From: Myxococcota bacterium
Lineage (GTDB): Bacteria > Myxococcota_A > UBA796 > SXON01
Length of the DNA stretch: 34,882 nucleotides
Assembly (NCBI GenBank): GCA_040386535.1
Contig: JAZKFH010000044.1
Location: 3,345 to 38,226, forward strand
Reading direction: 5' to 3'
Shown here piece after piece: positions 16,862 to 26,943 of this stretch. Position 1 is the first letter of the stretch, and the number at the start of each line of letters is the position of its first letter. The position numbers were made by a program, and so were the translations under genes. The notes beneath the pieces were generated by a model, which was given only the letters and a program-made list of their open reading frames with translations, was not told the DNA's origin and made no database searches.

Positions 16862-18706
16862 CTACGGGCAGCCGGATCCGGGCCCGTCCGCCTCGGCGGG
16901 CAGCCCGTCGCAAGTGCCGCCCGCAGCGTCCAGAACCGCGCTGACTCCTTTGATCACCGCGTTGGCGGGCACCCGGACGGTGAGGTGTCGGCCGACGCCG
17001 CTCTCGAGCGCCTCGACGGTCCGGGTGGCGAGGAGCACCCCCGCTGACGACACGGTGAGCGTGGCGGGCGCCGAGGTGCCGGTGCCAGCGTTCGACACGC
17101 GGACCGTGACCACGGCCGCTCCGTTGCAGGACTCCGTGCACACGCCCACCACCTCCACGCCGAGGTCGGGCGCGGCCGTCGGCGCGCGCGTCGGGAGCCC
17201 CTGCCACACGTTGGCCTCCGTCCACCACGGCTCCACTGCGCCCACACCTCCGACGGCGTCCCGGCTCCCCGGGTAGTGCCCGAGCCCCGGCGACGGGGCG
17301 TCCGCCCCCGGCACCACCCACCCGCTGTCGGCGCTCTCGTACACGTACACAGCGCCATCGTCGGCGGTGATAATCTCCGCGAAGCCGTCCGCGTCGATGT
17401 CGGCGACCACCGGCGCCCCGGTCGAGGTCCCGTGCAGCCCCAGGAGCTGGAGGACGCGCTCCTCGCCATGATTGCCGAGGATCGCCAGGTGCGACCGCGA
17501 GCGGATCACCACCTCGTGGAGGCCGTCGGCGTCGAGGTCGGCGAGGGTGAACGGAGCGTGTCGCCAGCCCGTCTCCCCGCCGTCCCAGGACCAGGACCAC
17601 TGCAGGTCGGCGTCGTAGACGTCGAGGCCGCCCGCACCGCTGACGACGATCTCCGGGCTGGGATCTCCGTCCAGCTCGCCGAGCCCCCACACGGTGGGCT
17701 GCCACGACTCGCTGCTCGCGTACGCGATGCGCGTCCCGTCCGCGTCGCAAACGGCCAGCCAGCCCTCGCCCACCACGAGGAGCTCGCCGTCGGCGTCGTC
17801 GTCGAGGTTCCCCACCGCCACGCCGACGGAGCCTCCCCCGCCGTCGCAACGAGCGCGCTCCGCGCCGTCCGGCCCGAACACCGTGACCCCGGGCCGATCG
17901 TATTGGGTGACCGCGATCTCCACTGCGCCGTCCAGGTCGAGGTCGGCTGCGACCACGGCTCCAAGGTGCTCGTCCCCCTCGAACCCTTCCAGGACGGCCT
18001 TCACGGCGCCGGTGGCGGCGTCGAACACGAACCACTCGGCGAGGATCTCCAGCGCGCCGTCCCCGTCCACGTCGAGCACAAAGGGTGTCAGACGCGGATG
18101 CGCCTCGGTGTCGATGCCCCACGTCGTCCCCTCGACTCCGACGACGCCCAGGTGCCCCTCCCCCTCGAACGTGGTCCACCCCGCCGCCAGCTCGGCGCCC
18201 GGGCGGGAGGCGTCGACGTCCGCGAGCGTGAACCCGGCCTGGTACGCCTCGGGGAGGAGCCGCTCCCCGACGGGAGCGCCGTTGTCCCCACGGAACATCT
18301 CGACGCCCTGCTCGGCCGCCACGCGCTGCAGGGCGAGGACGCGCATGGGATCGGCCGCGTCCACGACGCCGTCACCGTTGTCGTCCGCCATCCGGGCGGC
18401 AGCGAGTTGCGACGGCCCGTTGATCGACACCGGGGCCAACCACACGAGCCGCAGCGAGAGCGCCGCCGTCGGGGGGCACGCCGCGATTGGCACGTCTACG
18501 TCCGCGGGTGGCTCGTCCGGGCAACTCCCGGCGGTGTCCGCGGTGTCCGCGGTGTCCCCGGAGTCGGGCGGCGCCGTGTCTGCCGAGTCGATCGAGCCTG
18601 TGTCATCGGACGTGGCGGGCGCCGTGTCCTCCGACGAGTCGCCCGGCGACTCCGGTGCGTCGGGGTGACAGGCGAGCAGGAGCAGCGGCACGAACATGAA
18701 GGCCAC
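16862..18706 (-). CDS. FG-GAP/VCBS-repeat beta-propeller lipoprotein with C-terminal Ig/CARDB-like domain
   Basis: Lipobox LLLAC; Asp/Thr-rich linker; repeated DVDGDGALEI, DLDLDGAVEI, DLDADGLHEV, DIDADGFAEI; VRVSNAG C-terminal domain. Confidence 0.85.
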   Translation of the reverse strand: MAFMFVPLLLLACHPDAPESPGDSSEDTAPATSDDTGSIDSADTAPPDSGDTADTADTAGSCPDEPPADVDVPIAACPPTAALSLRLVWLAPVSINGPSQLAAARMADDNGDGVVDAADPMRVLALQRVAAEQGVEMFRGDNGAPVGERLLPEAYQAGFTLADVDASRPGAELAAGWTTFEGEGHLGVVGVEGTTWGIDTEAHPRLTPFVLDVDGDGALEILAEWFVFDAATGAVKAVLEGFEGDEHLGAVVAADLDLDGAVEIAVTQYDRPGVTVFGPDGAERARCDGGGGSVGVAVGNLDDDADGELLVVGEGWLAVCDADGTRIAYASSESWQPTVWGLGELDGDPSPEIVVSGAGGLDVYDADLQWSWSWDGGETGWRHAPFTLADLDADGLHEVVIRSRSHLAILGNHGEERVLQLLGLHGTSTGAPVVADIDADGFAEIITADDGAVYVYESADSGWVVPGADAPSPGLGHYPGSRDAVGGVGAVEPWWTEANVWQGLPTRAPTAAPDLGVEVVGVCTESCNGAAVVTVRVSNAGTGTSAPATLTVSSAGVLLATRTVEALESGVGRHLTVRVPANAVIKGVSAVLDAAGGTCDGLPAEADGPGSGCP

Positions 18707-18801
18707 GTGACTCGTCGCCAGCGCAGCCGCTACAAGACGCCGCGGTTCGTACCGCTGCTCCGGGGCCCGCCCACCCCTGCGCTTCGCGCAGACCCCCGCC
18801 T

Positions 18802-19263
18802 CTACGCCCCCTCACACAACGCTGCCAGCTTCCCAAGCGAGATCCGCCACCCCACCTCGTTGTCGGCGGGAGAAACCCCGGGCGGCAACCCCTCATGCAC
18901 CGCCTCGAGGTCGGTTCCCCCGTTCTCGCCGTCGACGAGATCCGTGGTGATCGTCATCGTTCCTTGCAGCGCAGGGTCTGTCGTCTCGAACGCGAGCTCC
19001 TCGACGATCCGCTCATCTCGCACGAGCGCGAGGAAGCGCCCGCCGTAGGTATCGGTGTGGGAGCTTGTCTTGCCAGTCGCCGTCGGACTTTCGTACGTGA
19101 GCGAAACCCGAAACCGGCCGCCCGTTCGGGCGTCGAACGTATGAACCTCACTCGTCATGCCGTCCGGAACGCGCCAGATCGCTATCTGTGCGGGATCGAG
19201 GAGCGTCTGGTACACGAGCGAGCGGGGCGCGTGCACGTGGAGGCGGATGCGGGTCGTGGACAT
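18802..19263 (-). CDS. SRPBCC/AHSA1-family protein
   Basis: APRSLVYQTLLDP..IAIWRVP; FDARTGGRFRVSL; GWRISLGKLAAL. Confidence 0.9.
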   Translation of the reverse strand: MSTTRIRLHVHAPRSLVYQTLLDPAQIAIWRVPDGMTSEVHTFDARTGGRFRVSLTYESPTATGKTSSHTDTYGGRFLALVRDERIVEELAFETTDPALQGTMTITTDLVDGENGGTDLEAVHEGLPPGVSPADNEVGWRISLGKLAALCEGA

Positions 19264-19279
19264 GCGCGGCATCTAACGT

Positions 19280-20236
19280 TCAGCGGGCATGGGAAAACCG
19301 CTCGATCGCCTCCCGCTGGAGCCGCTCCATCTCGGCATCGCCGGTGTGCCCGCCCGAAACGAAATGAAGCTCGGCCCCCGGCCAGGCACGAGCGAGCTGC
19401 CACGCTACGTCCGAAGGCCCTGCGAGGTCGAGCCGCCCGTGAAGGAGAACCGCAGGAATATGCGCCAGTCGCGACGCGTTCGACAGGAGCTCGTCTTCGT
19501 CCAGCCATGCGGCATGGGAGAAGTAGTGGGTGACCAGGCGAGCAAAGGCGATCATGGACGGTTCGTCCGCCCACTTGGAAGAGGCGTGGCCCGCCTCGAG
19601 CGACAGGAGGGCGTCCTCCCACGCCACCCAATCGCGCGCCGCTCGCAAGCGGACGTGGGGATCAGCATCTCCGTTGAGCAGCCGGTCGTAGGCCGCGACG
19701 AGGTCCCCGTCGCGTTCGTTCTCAGGAACGCCCGCGCGGAACCGGCTCCACTCCTCGGGAAAGTAGCGCCCGACATCGCCGGCGAACCAGCGCACGTCGG
19801 CTCGGCGGGTCAGGAAGATCGAGAGGAGGATCATCTCGGACACGCGATCGGGGAATCGCTCCGCGTACGCAAGCGCGAGCGTGACACCCCAGGACGCACC
19901 CCATACCAGCCACCGCTCGATCCCAAGGTGCTCTCGTAGCCGCTCGATGTCGGCGATCAGGTGGTGGGTGGTGTTGGTCGCGAGGTTGGTGGTCCAGGCG
20001 CCGGCGTGCGGGGTGCTCTTGCCGCAGCCCCGTTGGTCGAACCGGACCAATCGATAGACGGCGGGATCGAACCTGCGTGGAAGGCCGCCGCCGCTGCCAC
20101 CCCCCGGCCCGCCGTGGAGCGCGACCGCTGCCTTCCCATTCGGGTTCCCGAACACCTGCCAATAGATGTGGTGGCCGTCCCCGACATCGAGCATGCCCGT
20201 ATCGTAGGGCTCGGTGGGCGGGTAAAGCTCGGGCAC
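19280..20236 (-). CDS. pip: Proline iminopeptidase (alpha/beta hydrolase)
   Basis: LHGGPGGG, FDQRGCGKSTP, NTTHHLIADIE, GASWG nucleophile motif, HGRLD, GH. Confidence 0.9.
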   Translation of the reverse strand: MPELYPPTEPYDTGMLDVGDGHHIYWQVFGNPNGKAAVALHGGPGGGSGGGLPRRFDPAVYRLVRFDQRGCGKSTPHAGAWTTNLATNTTHHLIADIERLREHLGIERWLVWGASWGVTLALAYAERFPDRVSEMILLSIFLTRRADVRWFAGDVGRYFPEEWSRFRAGVPENERDGDLVAAYDRLLNGDADPHVRLRAARDWVAWEDALLSLEAGHASSKWADEPSMIAFARLVTHYFSHAAWLDEDELLSNASRLAHIPAVLLHGRLDLAGPSDVAWQLARAWPGAELHFVSGGHTGDAEMERLQREAIERFSHAR

Positions 20237-20294
20237 TGGGGGACCTCGGCGCCGCTATACTCCCGCCCCGGCGCGGGGCGCCACCCCTTTCGGC

Positions 20295-20443
20295 ACCGTC
20301 CAAGGTCGGGGGATGCGTATTCATCCCTCCACTTCGGACGGACATACCGTCCAAGGTCGGGCGATGCGCTCCCATCCTTCGACTTCGGACGGATATACCG
20401 TCCAAGGTCGGGGGATGCGTATTCATCCCTCGACTTCGGACGG
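20295..20443. repeat. Tandem array of three 51-bp palindromic units (array 2)
   Basis: Units start at 20295, 20346 and 20397: ACCGTCCAAGGTCGGGSGATG-N6-CATC-N7-TTCGGACGG; closely related to array 1. Confidence 0.9.
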
Positions 20444-20551
20444 TCCACCGCGTCTCAGCAGCCCCTGGCGGCGCCCGTTTGGGGTCCCCCCCTCCCCCGA
20501 TTGGCAGCCCCCAGGTGTGGACCGACCCGCGCCTCGTCGTTAAGCGCGCGC

Positions 20552-20842
20552 ATGCACGCACGCCTCGCCTTTGTCGCCCTCCTGCTCGCCACCCCGTTCG
20601 TCGCCGGATGCCCCAAGGGTGCGGAACCGGCCTCGGTCACCGCCGCTCCCGACCCCGCTCCGGCCGCCGCAGCCGAGGAACGTGTGTGTTGCGAATCGTT
20701 CGGCTACGGCGCGATGATGGCGAAGTGTTGCGAGGCCTACAGTTGGACCGCGCCCGACGCGTGTGTCGTCGAGGACGGCATCGTGGGCGGGGGCAAGGCG
20801 ATCGTGACCGACGACAAGTGCGCCGCCGTCGTGGCGCCGTAG
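20552..20842 (+). CDS. Small Cys-rich lipoprotein (96 aa)
   Basis: Lipobox FVAGC; two CC pairs (CCESF, KCCEAY) plus two further Cys. Confidence 0.75.
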   Translation: MHARLAFVALLLATPFVAGCPKGAEPASVTAAPDPAPAAAAEERVCCESFGYGAMMAKCCEAYSWTAPDACVVEDGIVGGGKAIVTDDKCAAVVAP

Positions 20843-20871
20843 TTTGGCCCTGGGGACACCCAGGAGCCCCC

Positions 20872-21783
20872 TCACTCGATCCGCACCGTGAAGTCACCGT
20901 GAAGCCCGGTCGCAGCAGGGTCGTCCGTAGTCTCGAACAAGTCCGATAGACAATTGGCGAGCGCCCGATCGGGCACCCCGCCCGCTCCGATCGTCGGATG
21001 GTTCCACAACCACGGCTTGCCGTCCGTCCGCGCCGAGAACACGACGTGGTCGGCCGACACCCCGGGGCTCGGCGGACACATCGTGCACGTCGTGTTCACG
21101 GTCCGCTGGCGGACGACCGGGGGCAACGCACCGCGGTCCAACGTGGTGGTGCCGTCCCCCGTGATCGAGAACAAGCCAGCGTCGGCGCCACAATCCGCGC
21201 GCTCGCGTACCTTCCACACGGCCTCCGCGATCAAGGTCTGGCGCCACGCCTCCGCCAGCGGTACCTCACACGTGAGCGAAAGCGCGGGGAGCGGCTTGGA
21301 GACGACCGCGTCGCGCGTGAAGGCCTTCACCTCGCCGAGCACCTGCTCCAGCACGCGCCTATCGCTCGCCGAGACGCTGCTGAGGGAAGCCACGGAGATC
21401 GAACGCAGTTCGGCCTCCAACCAGCTGGACATCCCCGCCACCGGGCCCGAATAGATCGAACACGCCATCGGCGCACCGGGGGGCTCCGCGGTGGTGCGCC
21501 TGAGGCGCTCGCACTCCGCCGCGGGCAAACCAAATCGGGACGTGATCTCGGGTCACGACAGGATCGTGTCACCCACGTAGGGGAGCACCAGGAGTGTGGC
21601 GCGAACGCCGGACGGTGCGTCGTCCGCGGCGTCGAGGGTAGCCGCGACGTATTCAGCGGACAGCGGCGAGCATGCCGCACAAGAAGCGCCGGCCGGGCGC
21701 CCGCACGCGCCGAGGGAGAGGGAGACGCCCAGCGCAAAGAGGACCCACGCAAAGAGGACCCGGAGTAGGGAGAGACGTCGCAC
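20872..21783 (-). pseudogene. Putative lipoprotein interrupted by a single in-frame TGA at 21553-21555
   Basis: GTG 21783 opens RRLSLLRVLFAWVLFALGVSLSLGAC (lipobox); the frame continues after the TGA into the 20872..21528 ORF (offset 27 bp, same frame). Confidence 0.6.
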
Positions 21784-21785
21784 CC

Positions 21786-23132
21786 CTACGGCGCCCCATC
21801 CCCCAACGTCGCCACCTCCTCCGCGAAGCCGAACGCGAAGCCGGCGGACGTGTTCACGCGCCACGCAAGCTCGCCGTCCGGTGTGACCTCGTCCATCTGG
21901 CCCGCGCTGGTCCACGAGACCAGGGTGTTGCCGCCCGGGAGGCGCTGCGCGGAGCCGAGGAAGGGGATGAGGAGGCAACGCTCCGAGGTGTACACGTCGA
22001 GTTGTTCGGCGGTGCCGAGGGCCTCGTCGAGCGCGATGTCGGTGGCGTTGGAGCAGGTGTCCGCGTCGGCGGGGTTGCCCCGGTTGAACACCAGGAGCCC
22101 CTCGGGCGTGCGCTGGACGCTGTGCGGCTGGCTGACCAGCTCCCCGTCGCCCACGCGCGTGAAGTCGCCCGCGGCGTCGGCCAGCCACCACGCGAGGGTG
22201 CCGGTGCCGCGGTCCACGCGCGCGACGCTGTTGTTGAACGTCATCGTGACGTAGAGGGCGTCCTCGGCGGCGTCGTACGCGATGCCGTTGATGTGGGTCC
22301 AGTCCTCGGCGTCGGGATCGGCCGAGTACCAGTGGGGGTGCTCGTGGTCGAGGTTGGGCGAGAAGTCGTCGAAGGCGGACCACACGACGTGGGAGGTGCC
22401 GTCGAGCCCCACCTCGACGATGGTGTCGCCCACGATCGTGCGCCCGTCGTAGTCGCGGAGCTCCCAGCCGAGCGCCGCGTAGCCGCCCGAGGGGAGCTCG
22501 ACGAAGTCCGTGTGGGTGCCGAGCCCCGGGGTCGTGGTGACGCCGCTGCCGTCGAGCGGGACGCGCACGAAGAGGCCGTAGGTGTCGGCCGCGCTGGCGC
22601 CGCCCGCGTAGAGGATGGCGTTGCCGTCGAGCGACATGCGGGCGCGGTACACCGAGCCCTCGCTCTCCGCGATGCGCGTGTGCGCCCAGACCGGCCGCCC
22701 CGCGTGGTCGAGGGCGACAACGCCGCCCTCGTCGAGGCTGATCACGCCGGCGAGGACGAACCCGCCCGCGGCCAACTCGGGCACGTCCGCCGTGTACGTC
22801 AGGTCGGGCACCCAGGTGGGGAGCGCGCCGGTGGTGATCGCGGCGGTGGCGGGCTCCGCCCCCTCCAGGAGCACCTCGACCGCGACGTCGGTGCGCGCCG
22901 GAAAACCCGCCAGGAGCACCTCGTGGTCGGTGACCGCCTCGCGCTCCTCGACCACGATCACGTCGGCGCCGAAGGTGCCCTGGACGACGGCACGGCTGGG
23001 CTCGGCGGTGGTCCAACGAACCCACAGGACCGTCGGGACCTCGGCTAGGGTCACCTGGAGATCGGTCACGAGCTCCTCCCCTTTGGGAGCCTCGCCCTCG
23101 ACGGGCACACACGCGAGGAGCGACAGGAGCAA
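21786..23132 (-). CDS. Arylsulfotransferase (ASST)-like beta-propeller lipoprotein
   Basis: LLLSLLAC lipobox (TTG 23132, start uncertain); THTDF, DWTHINGIAYD, SQPHSVQ, GSAQRLPGGNTLVSW. Confidence 0.8.
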   Translation of the reverse strand: MLLSLLACVPVEGEAPKGEELVTDLQVTLAEVPTVLWVRWTTAEPSRAVVQGTFGADVIVVEEREAVTDHEVLLAGFPARTDVAVEVLLEGAEPATAAITTGALPTWVPDLTYTADVPELAAGGFVLAGVISLDEGGVVALDHAGRPVWAHTRIAESEGSVYRARMSLDGNAILYAGGASAADTYGLFVRVPLDGSGVTTTPGLGTHTDFVELPSGGYAALGWELRDYDGRTIVGDTIVEVGLDGTSHVVWSAFDDFSPNLDHEHPHWYSADPDAEDWTHINGIAYDAAEDALYVTMTFNNSVARVDRGTGTLAWWLADAAGDFTRVGDGELVSQPHSVQRTPEGLLVFNRGNPADADTCSNATDIALDEALGTAEQLDVYTSERCLLIPFLGSAQRLPGGNTLVSWTSAGQMDEVTPDGELAWRVNTSAGFAFGFAEEVATLGDGAP

Positions 23133-23262
23133 GCGGTCACCGGGGGGCCGCCACTGTACCCCGGAACCCCGAGGATGGGCTGAGGCGCGGGGTAAGAGCC
23201 GATCGAGGCCGTCATTGCCGGCGCGCCGCCCCGCGCGATAGATCGGGCGGCGAGGCGACGCC

Positions 23263-24657
23263 GTGGACCCCATCACCGACCCCGGCATCCTCGACGGCTA
23301 CCTGACGGACGCGTCCAACCTGCACGGGCGCGCGTCCGCGTTGTACCGGCCGCGCACGGCCGAGGAGGTCGCCGAGGTGCTCGCGGCCTGCCAGCGCGCC
23401 GGCACCCCCGTGACCGTGACCGCACGGCGCACGTCCACCACCGGGGCGCCCGTGCCCGACGGCGGCGCGTTGCTCTCGACCGAGCGGCTCGACCGGGTGC
23501 ACGCCCGCGACGATGTCGACGGCGGCGTGCTCCTGGGCGAGTACCAGGCCGGCGTGGAGCGCCTGGGCTTCCTGTTTCCGCCCGACCCCACCTCGCGCCA
23601 CGAGTGCAGCCTCGGCGGCGCCATCGCGTGCAACGCGTCGGGCGCGCGCACGTTCAAGTACGGGCCCACGCGGCCGTGGATCGAGGCGGTCGAGTTCGTG
23701 TCGCCCACCGGGGAAATCCGGTGGATCGACCGCACCACGCCCGTGTCCGCGCTCCTCGGCCCCGTGCCCGTGCCCGCGTGGAACGAGCCCGCGGTCAAGA
23801 CCGCCGCCGGCTACTACCCCGCCACGAACCTGCTCGATCTGATCATCGGCGCCGAGGGAACGCTCGGCGTCGTCACCCGCGCGCGGCTCAAGCTGCTCCC
23901 GCTGCCGGTCGCGGTGCTCACGGTGTTCACCTACTTCCCCGACCGCGCGTCGATGCTCGCGTTCGTCGTGACCGCACGCGCGATGGGCCCCGCCGGAGGC
24001 AAGACCGGGGGCCCGCGGTGCATCGAGTACTTCGACCGCCACTCGCTCGATCTGATCCGCGGCCGCGTGCCCGCCGTGCCGGTGGCGGACTCCGCGATCC
24101 TGCTCGAGATCGAGCACGACGGCGAGCCGCCGCTGGAGCTCTGGTTCGAGGCGCTCGCGGCCCACGGCGCGCTGCTGGACGACACGATCGTGGCCGACGA
24201 CGACGCCGGCCGCGCGAAGCTGCACAACGTCCGCCACGCCCTGCCCGCCACGGTCAACGAGATCATCGCGCGCAACGGCGTGCAGAAAGTCGGCACCGAC
24301 TTCGCCGTGCCCGCCGCCCACCTCGCGGAGATGATGGCCGCCTACGATCAGCCCGTGCCCGGCGCCCCCGGCATGGCGACCGTCTGCTTCGGCCACATCG
24401 GCGACAGCCACCTGCACCTCAACTTCCTCCCCAACGACGCGGCCGAGCTGGCGGCGGCGCGGCTCCGCTACCTCGAGCTCGCCCGGATGGCGGTGGCGCT
24501 CGGCGGCACGGTCAGCGCCGAGCACGGCATCGGCCGCCTCAAGAAGACCCACCTCGCGCTCATGGTGCCCCCCGCGGTGCTCGACGGATGGCGGGCGCTC
24601 AAGCGCGCGGCCGATCCCAACTGGATCCTGGGGCGGGGCGTGCTGTTCGATCCGTAG
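23263..24657 (+). CDS. FAD-binding oxidoreductase (GlcD / D-lactate dehydrogenase family)
   Basis: FPPDPTS, GGAIACNASG, IGAEGTLG, FGHIGDSHLH, SAEHGIG. Confidence 0.92.
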   Translation: MDPITDPGILDGYLTDASNLHGRASALYRPRTAEEVAEVLAACQRAGTPVTVTARRTSTTGAPVPDGGALLSTERLDRVHARDDVDGGVLLGEYQAGVERLGFLFPPDPTSRHECSLGGAIACNASGARTFKYGPTRPWIEAVEFVSPTGEIRWIDRTTPVSALLGPVPVPAWNEPAVKTAAGYYPATNLLDLIIGAEGTLGVVTRARLKLLPLPVAVLTVFTYFPDRASMLAFVVTARAMGPAGGKTGGPRCIEYFDRHSLDLIRGRVPAVPVADSAILLEIEHDGEPPLELWFEALAAHGALLDDTIVADDDAGRAKLHNVRHALPATVNEIIARNGVQKVGTDFAVPAAHLAEMMAAYDQPVPGAPGMATVCFGHIGDSHLHLNFLPNDAAELAAARLRYLELARMAVALGGTVSAEHGIGRLKKTHLALMVPPAVLDGWRALKRAADPNWILGRGVLFDP

Positions 24658-24673
24658 GCAGGCCCGTCGTGTC

Positions 24674-24814
24674 GGGGCGGCCCGGCGCCGAGCCGCCGTC
24701 GGCCCCCTCCGAGCTCGCGCTGCGCGCTCGGCTGGCGCGTCCTTCCGCCTGCCGGCGTGCGGACGCGCCGAGCCGGGCGCAGAGCCGCCCGCTCTCCGGG
24801 CGCCTGCCGCGCGG
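24674..24814 (-). repeat. Multi-hairpin dispersed element, copy F
   Basis: P2 CGGGCG-gctctg-CGCCCG; P3 GCT-c-GGCGCGTCC...GGACGCGCC-AGC; CGA; P4 GCGC-gca-GCGC; GAG; P6 CGGCG-gctcgg-CGCCG. Confidence 0.7.
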
Positions 24815-24867
24815 ATCGCAGCACAGTCGCGCCGCGGCCCGTCTCGCGGTGCGGCGCAGGCCTGCCG

Positions 24868-25164
24868 TCAGGCCTCCTCCTCCTCCTCACACGGCGACTC
24901 CCCCCCGATCACCTCCACCGTGCACTCCCCGGTCGCGACCGGGCGCGGCTCGATGTGGGTGGTGGTGGGCGAGTGGAGGGCCGGCTCGGTGGGCTCGCCG
25001 CGCACCCGCTCGGGCTGCTCGTCGGGCGGCTCGGTGAGGTCGTCGCCGTCGAGCTCGAAGGGGAAGCTGCCGTCGCGCCCCTGCGAGAGCGGCGCGTGCA
25101 CCGCGGCCCCGATGAGGCCGACGCCGCGCTCCTCTTCGTGCGGTGGGGCTCGTCTCCGCGTCAT
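24868..25164 (-). CDS. Small acidic hypothetical protein
   Basis: GGAGGG RBS upstream of ATG; GC3-rich codons; no recognisable motif. Confidence 0.5.
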   Translation of the reverse strand: MTRRRAPPHEEERGVGLIGAAVHAPLSQGRDGSFPFELDGDDLTEPPDEQPERVRGEPTEPALHSPTTTHIEPRPVATGECTVEVIGGESPCEEEEEA

Positions 25165-25322
25165 CGTCCGCCCTCCACCCCAGAGGTAGTCACGATCACG
25201 ACGGGGAGTGCCGATCGCGGTGTCGCGGTCGGCGGGACGTCGGCGTGGGCGGGCCCGTCCCCCTGGCGATCCTGGCGCGCGGCACGGCGCTTGCTTCCAC
25301 GAGCGGCACCCCCGGAGCTTCC

Positions 25323-26756
25323 ATGCGCGTCCTCCCTCTGCTCGTCCTGCTCGCCGCCTGCGGTGGCGCCAAGATGGGCGACTACGGCGTCTCTCCCGGC
25401 GGCACGCAGGACATCGCGCTCGCGCACGACCTGGTCGAGGGCGGCCAGATCCCCGCCCGGGAGCACTTCACCTCCGAGGGGCTCTTCTCCGAGCACGACC
25501 TGCCGCTCGACGGCGCGGACTGCACCCAGCTCCTCTGCCCGCGCGCCGCCGCGGCGTGGCAGTCGCCGGTCGACGGCGGCGCCGCCCGCTACGTCACGCA
25601 GCTCGGCTTCGGTACGTCCATCAACGAGGAGACGTTCACCCGCGCGCCCGTGCGCCTCGTGGTCACGGTCGACACGAGCGGCTCCATGGAGGGCGCCGAT
25701 CGGCTCGGCGCCGTCCAGGACGCCGTGCTCGCCATGATCCCCCAGCTCGACGAGCGGGACCAGGTCGCGTTGGTGACCTACGGCGACCGCGCGCGCCTGC
25801 TCGCGCCGCTCACGCCGATGGACGCCGGCGGCCGCGACGCGCTGGCGGCGATCGTGGAGGGGCTCTCCACCCAGGGGAGCACGAACATGGAGGTCGGGAT
25901 GGAGGTCGCCTACGACGTGCTCGCCGACGCCACCGGGGGCGCCGACGTCGAGAAGCGGCTGATGCTCTTCACCGACGCCCAGCCCAACACCGGCGACACC
26001 ACCCGCGGCGGCTTCCTCGACCAGGTGCACGCGGGCGCGGAGGCCGACATCGGCATCACCGTGCTCGGCGTGGGCCTCGACCTCGGCTCCGAGCTGGCCG
26101 ACGCGCTCGCCCAGACCCGCGGCGGCAACAGCTACTACCTGCCCGACGCGCGCAGCGCGGCGTCGCTGTTCGAGGCCGAGTTCCCTTTCATGGTCACGCC
26201 GCTCGCCTACGACCTCGCGGTCGAGATGGTGCCGGCCGCGGGCCTCACCCTCGGCGAGGGCTACGGCATGCCGGTCGACGGCGGCACCAGCGCCTTCGGC
26301 GCGAGCACCCTGTTCCTGTCGCGCAGCAACGGCGCGCTCGCCATCACGCTCGACGGCCCCGCGCTCGAAGCCGGCACCGCCCTCGGCACCCTCTCGCTCT
26401 CGTACGCCCCGGCCGACGGCGCCCCCGTCGTGAACGAGGCGCTCGCGCTCACGTGGGACGGCGGCGCCGCCTACGTCGGCTCGGCCGGCGCCGGCGACGA
26501 CCTCGGCGCCTACAAGCTCTCCGTGCTCCTCGACGCTTACGACGCCCTGCTCGCCGGCGCCGACCTCTGCGCCGGCTCGCTGGAGCGCCTGGACGCCGTC
26601 GCGCGGATCGATCTGGCGACCACGCGCCTCGACGCGGTCGCCGTCGAGCTCCCCGACGCGCCCATCGGCGATCTCGGCGTGCTCATCGGCAAGCTGGGCG
26701 AGCTGGCGGCCGCGGACCCGTTGGCGTGCGCGGAGGCGGACGCGTACCTCTACTGA
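25323..26756 (+). CDS. vWA-domain lipoprotein (YfbK-like)
   Basis: GGAG RBS; lipobox LLAAC; VTVDTSGSM MIDAS, GSTN, LFTDAQPN, ITVLGVG. Confidence 0.88.
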   Translation: MRVLPLLVLLAACGGAKMGDYGVSPGGTQDIALAHDLVEGGQIPAREHFTSEGLFSEHDLPLDGADCTQLLCPRAAAAWQSPVDGGAARYVTQLGFGTSINEETFTRAPVRLVVTVDTSGSMEGADRLGAVQDAVLAMIPQLDERDQVALVTYGDRARLLAPLTPMDAGGRDALAAIVEGLSTQGSTNMEVGMEVAYDVLADATGGADVEKRLMLFTDAQPNTGDTTRGGFLDQVHAGAEADIGITVLGVGLDLGSELADALAQTRGGNSYYLPDARSAASLFEAEFPFMVTPLAYDLAVEMVPAAGLTLGEGYGMPVDGGTSAFGASTLFLSRSNGALAITLDGPALEAGTALGTLSLSYAPADGAPVVNEALALTWDGGAAYVGSAGAGDDLGAYKLSVLLDAYDALLAGADLCAGSLERLDAVARIDLATTRLDAVAVELPDAPIGDLGVLIGKLGELAAADPLACAEADAYLY

Positions 26757-26791
26757 GGCGTGCGGACGGCGGTCGCTGCACGCCGCGCCTT

Positions 26792-26916
26792 CCCGCGCGA
26801 GGTGCCTGGAAGGCGGCCGGGTCCTCCCGGCCGGTCCCGCCCGCGCTCCGTCCGCGGAGCGCGGGCGGACCGAGCGCAGCGCTGCCTGGAAGGGACCGGC
26901 CCGCAGGGACGCGCCC
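26792..26916 (+). repeat. Multi-hairpin dispersed element, copy B
   Basis: CCCGCGCGAGG; P1 GCCT-gga-AGGC; P2 CGGCCGGG-tcct-CCCGGCCG; P3 GTC-c-CGCCCGCGCTCCG-tccg-CGGAGCGCGGGCG-GAC; P4 AGCG-cag-CGCT; P5 CCT-gga-AGG; P6 CCC-gca-GGG; ACGCGCCC. Confidence 0.8.
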
Positions 26917-26943
26917 GGGGGATCTCCACGCGTAGGCTGGGCC

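Noticed and set aside
12960..19280. Integron attC-like hints: GTTACGC (13051) before DUF6000, TGCTAAC at its stop (13704-13710), and GTTAGAT on the minus strand (19271-19277) before the SRPBCC gene
   Set aside because: I could not pair L boxes or matching R''/R' partners at proper spacing, gene orientations are mixed and there is no integrase. IntegronFinder would settle it.
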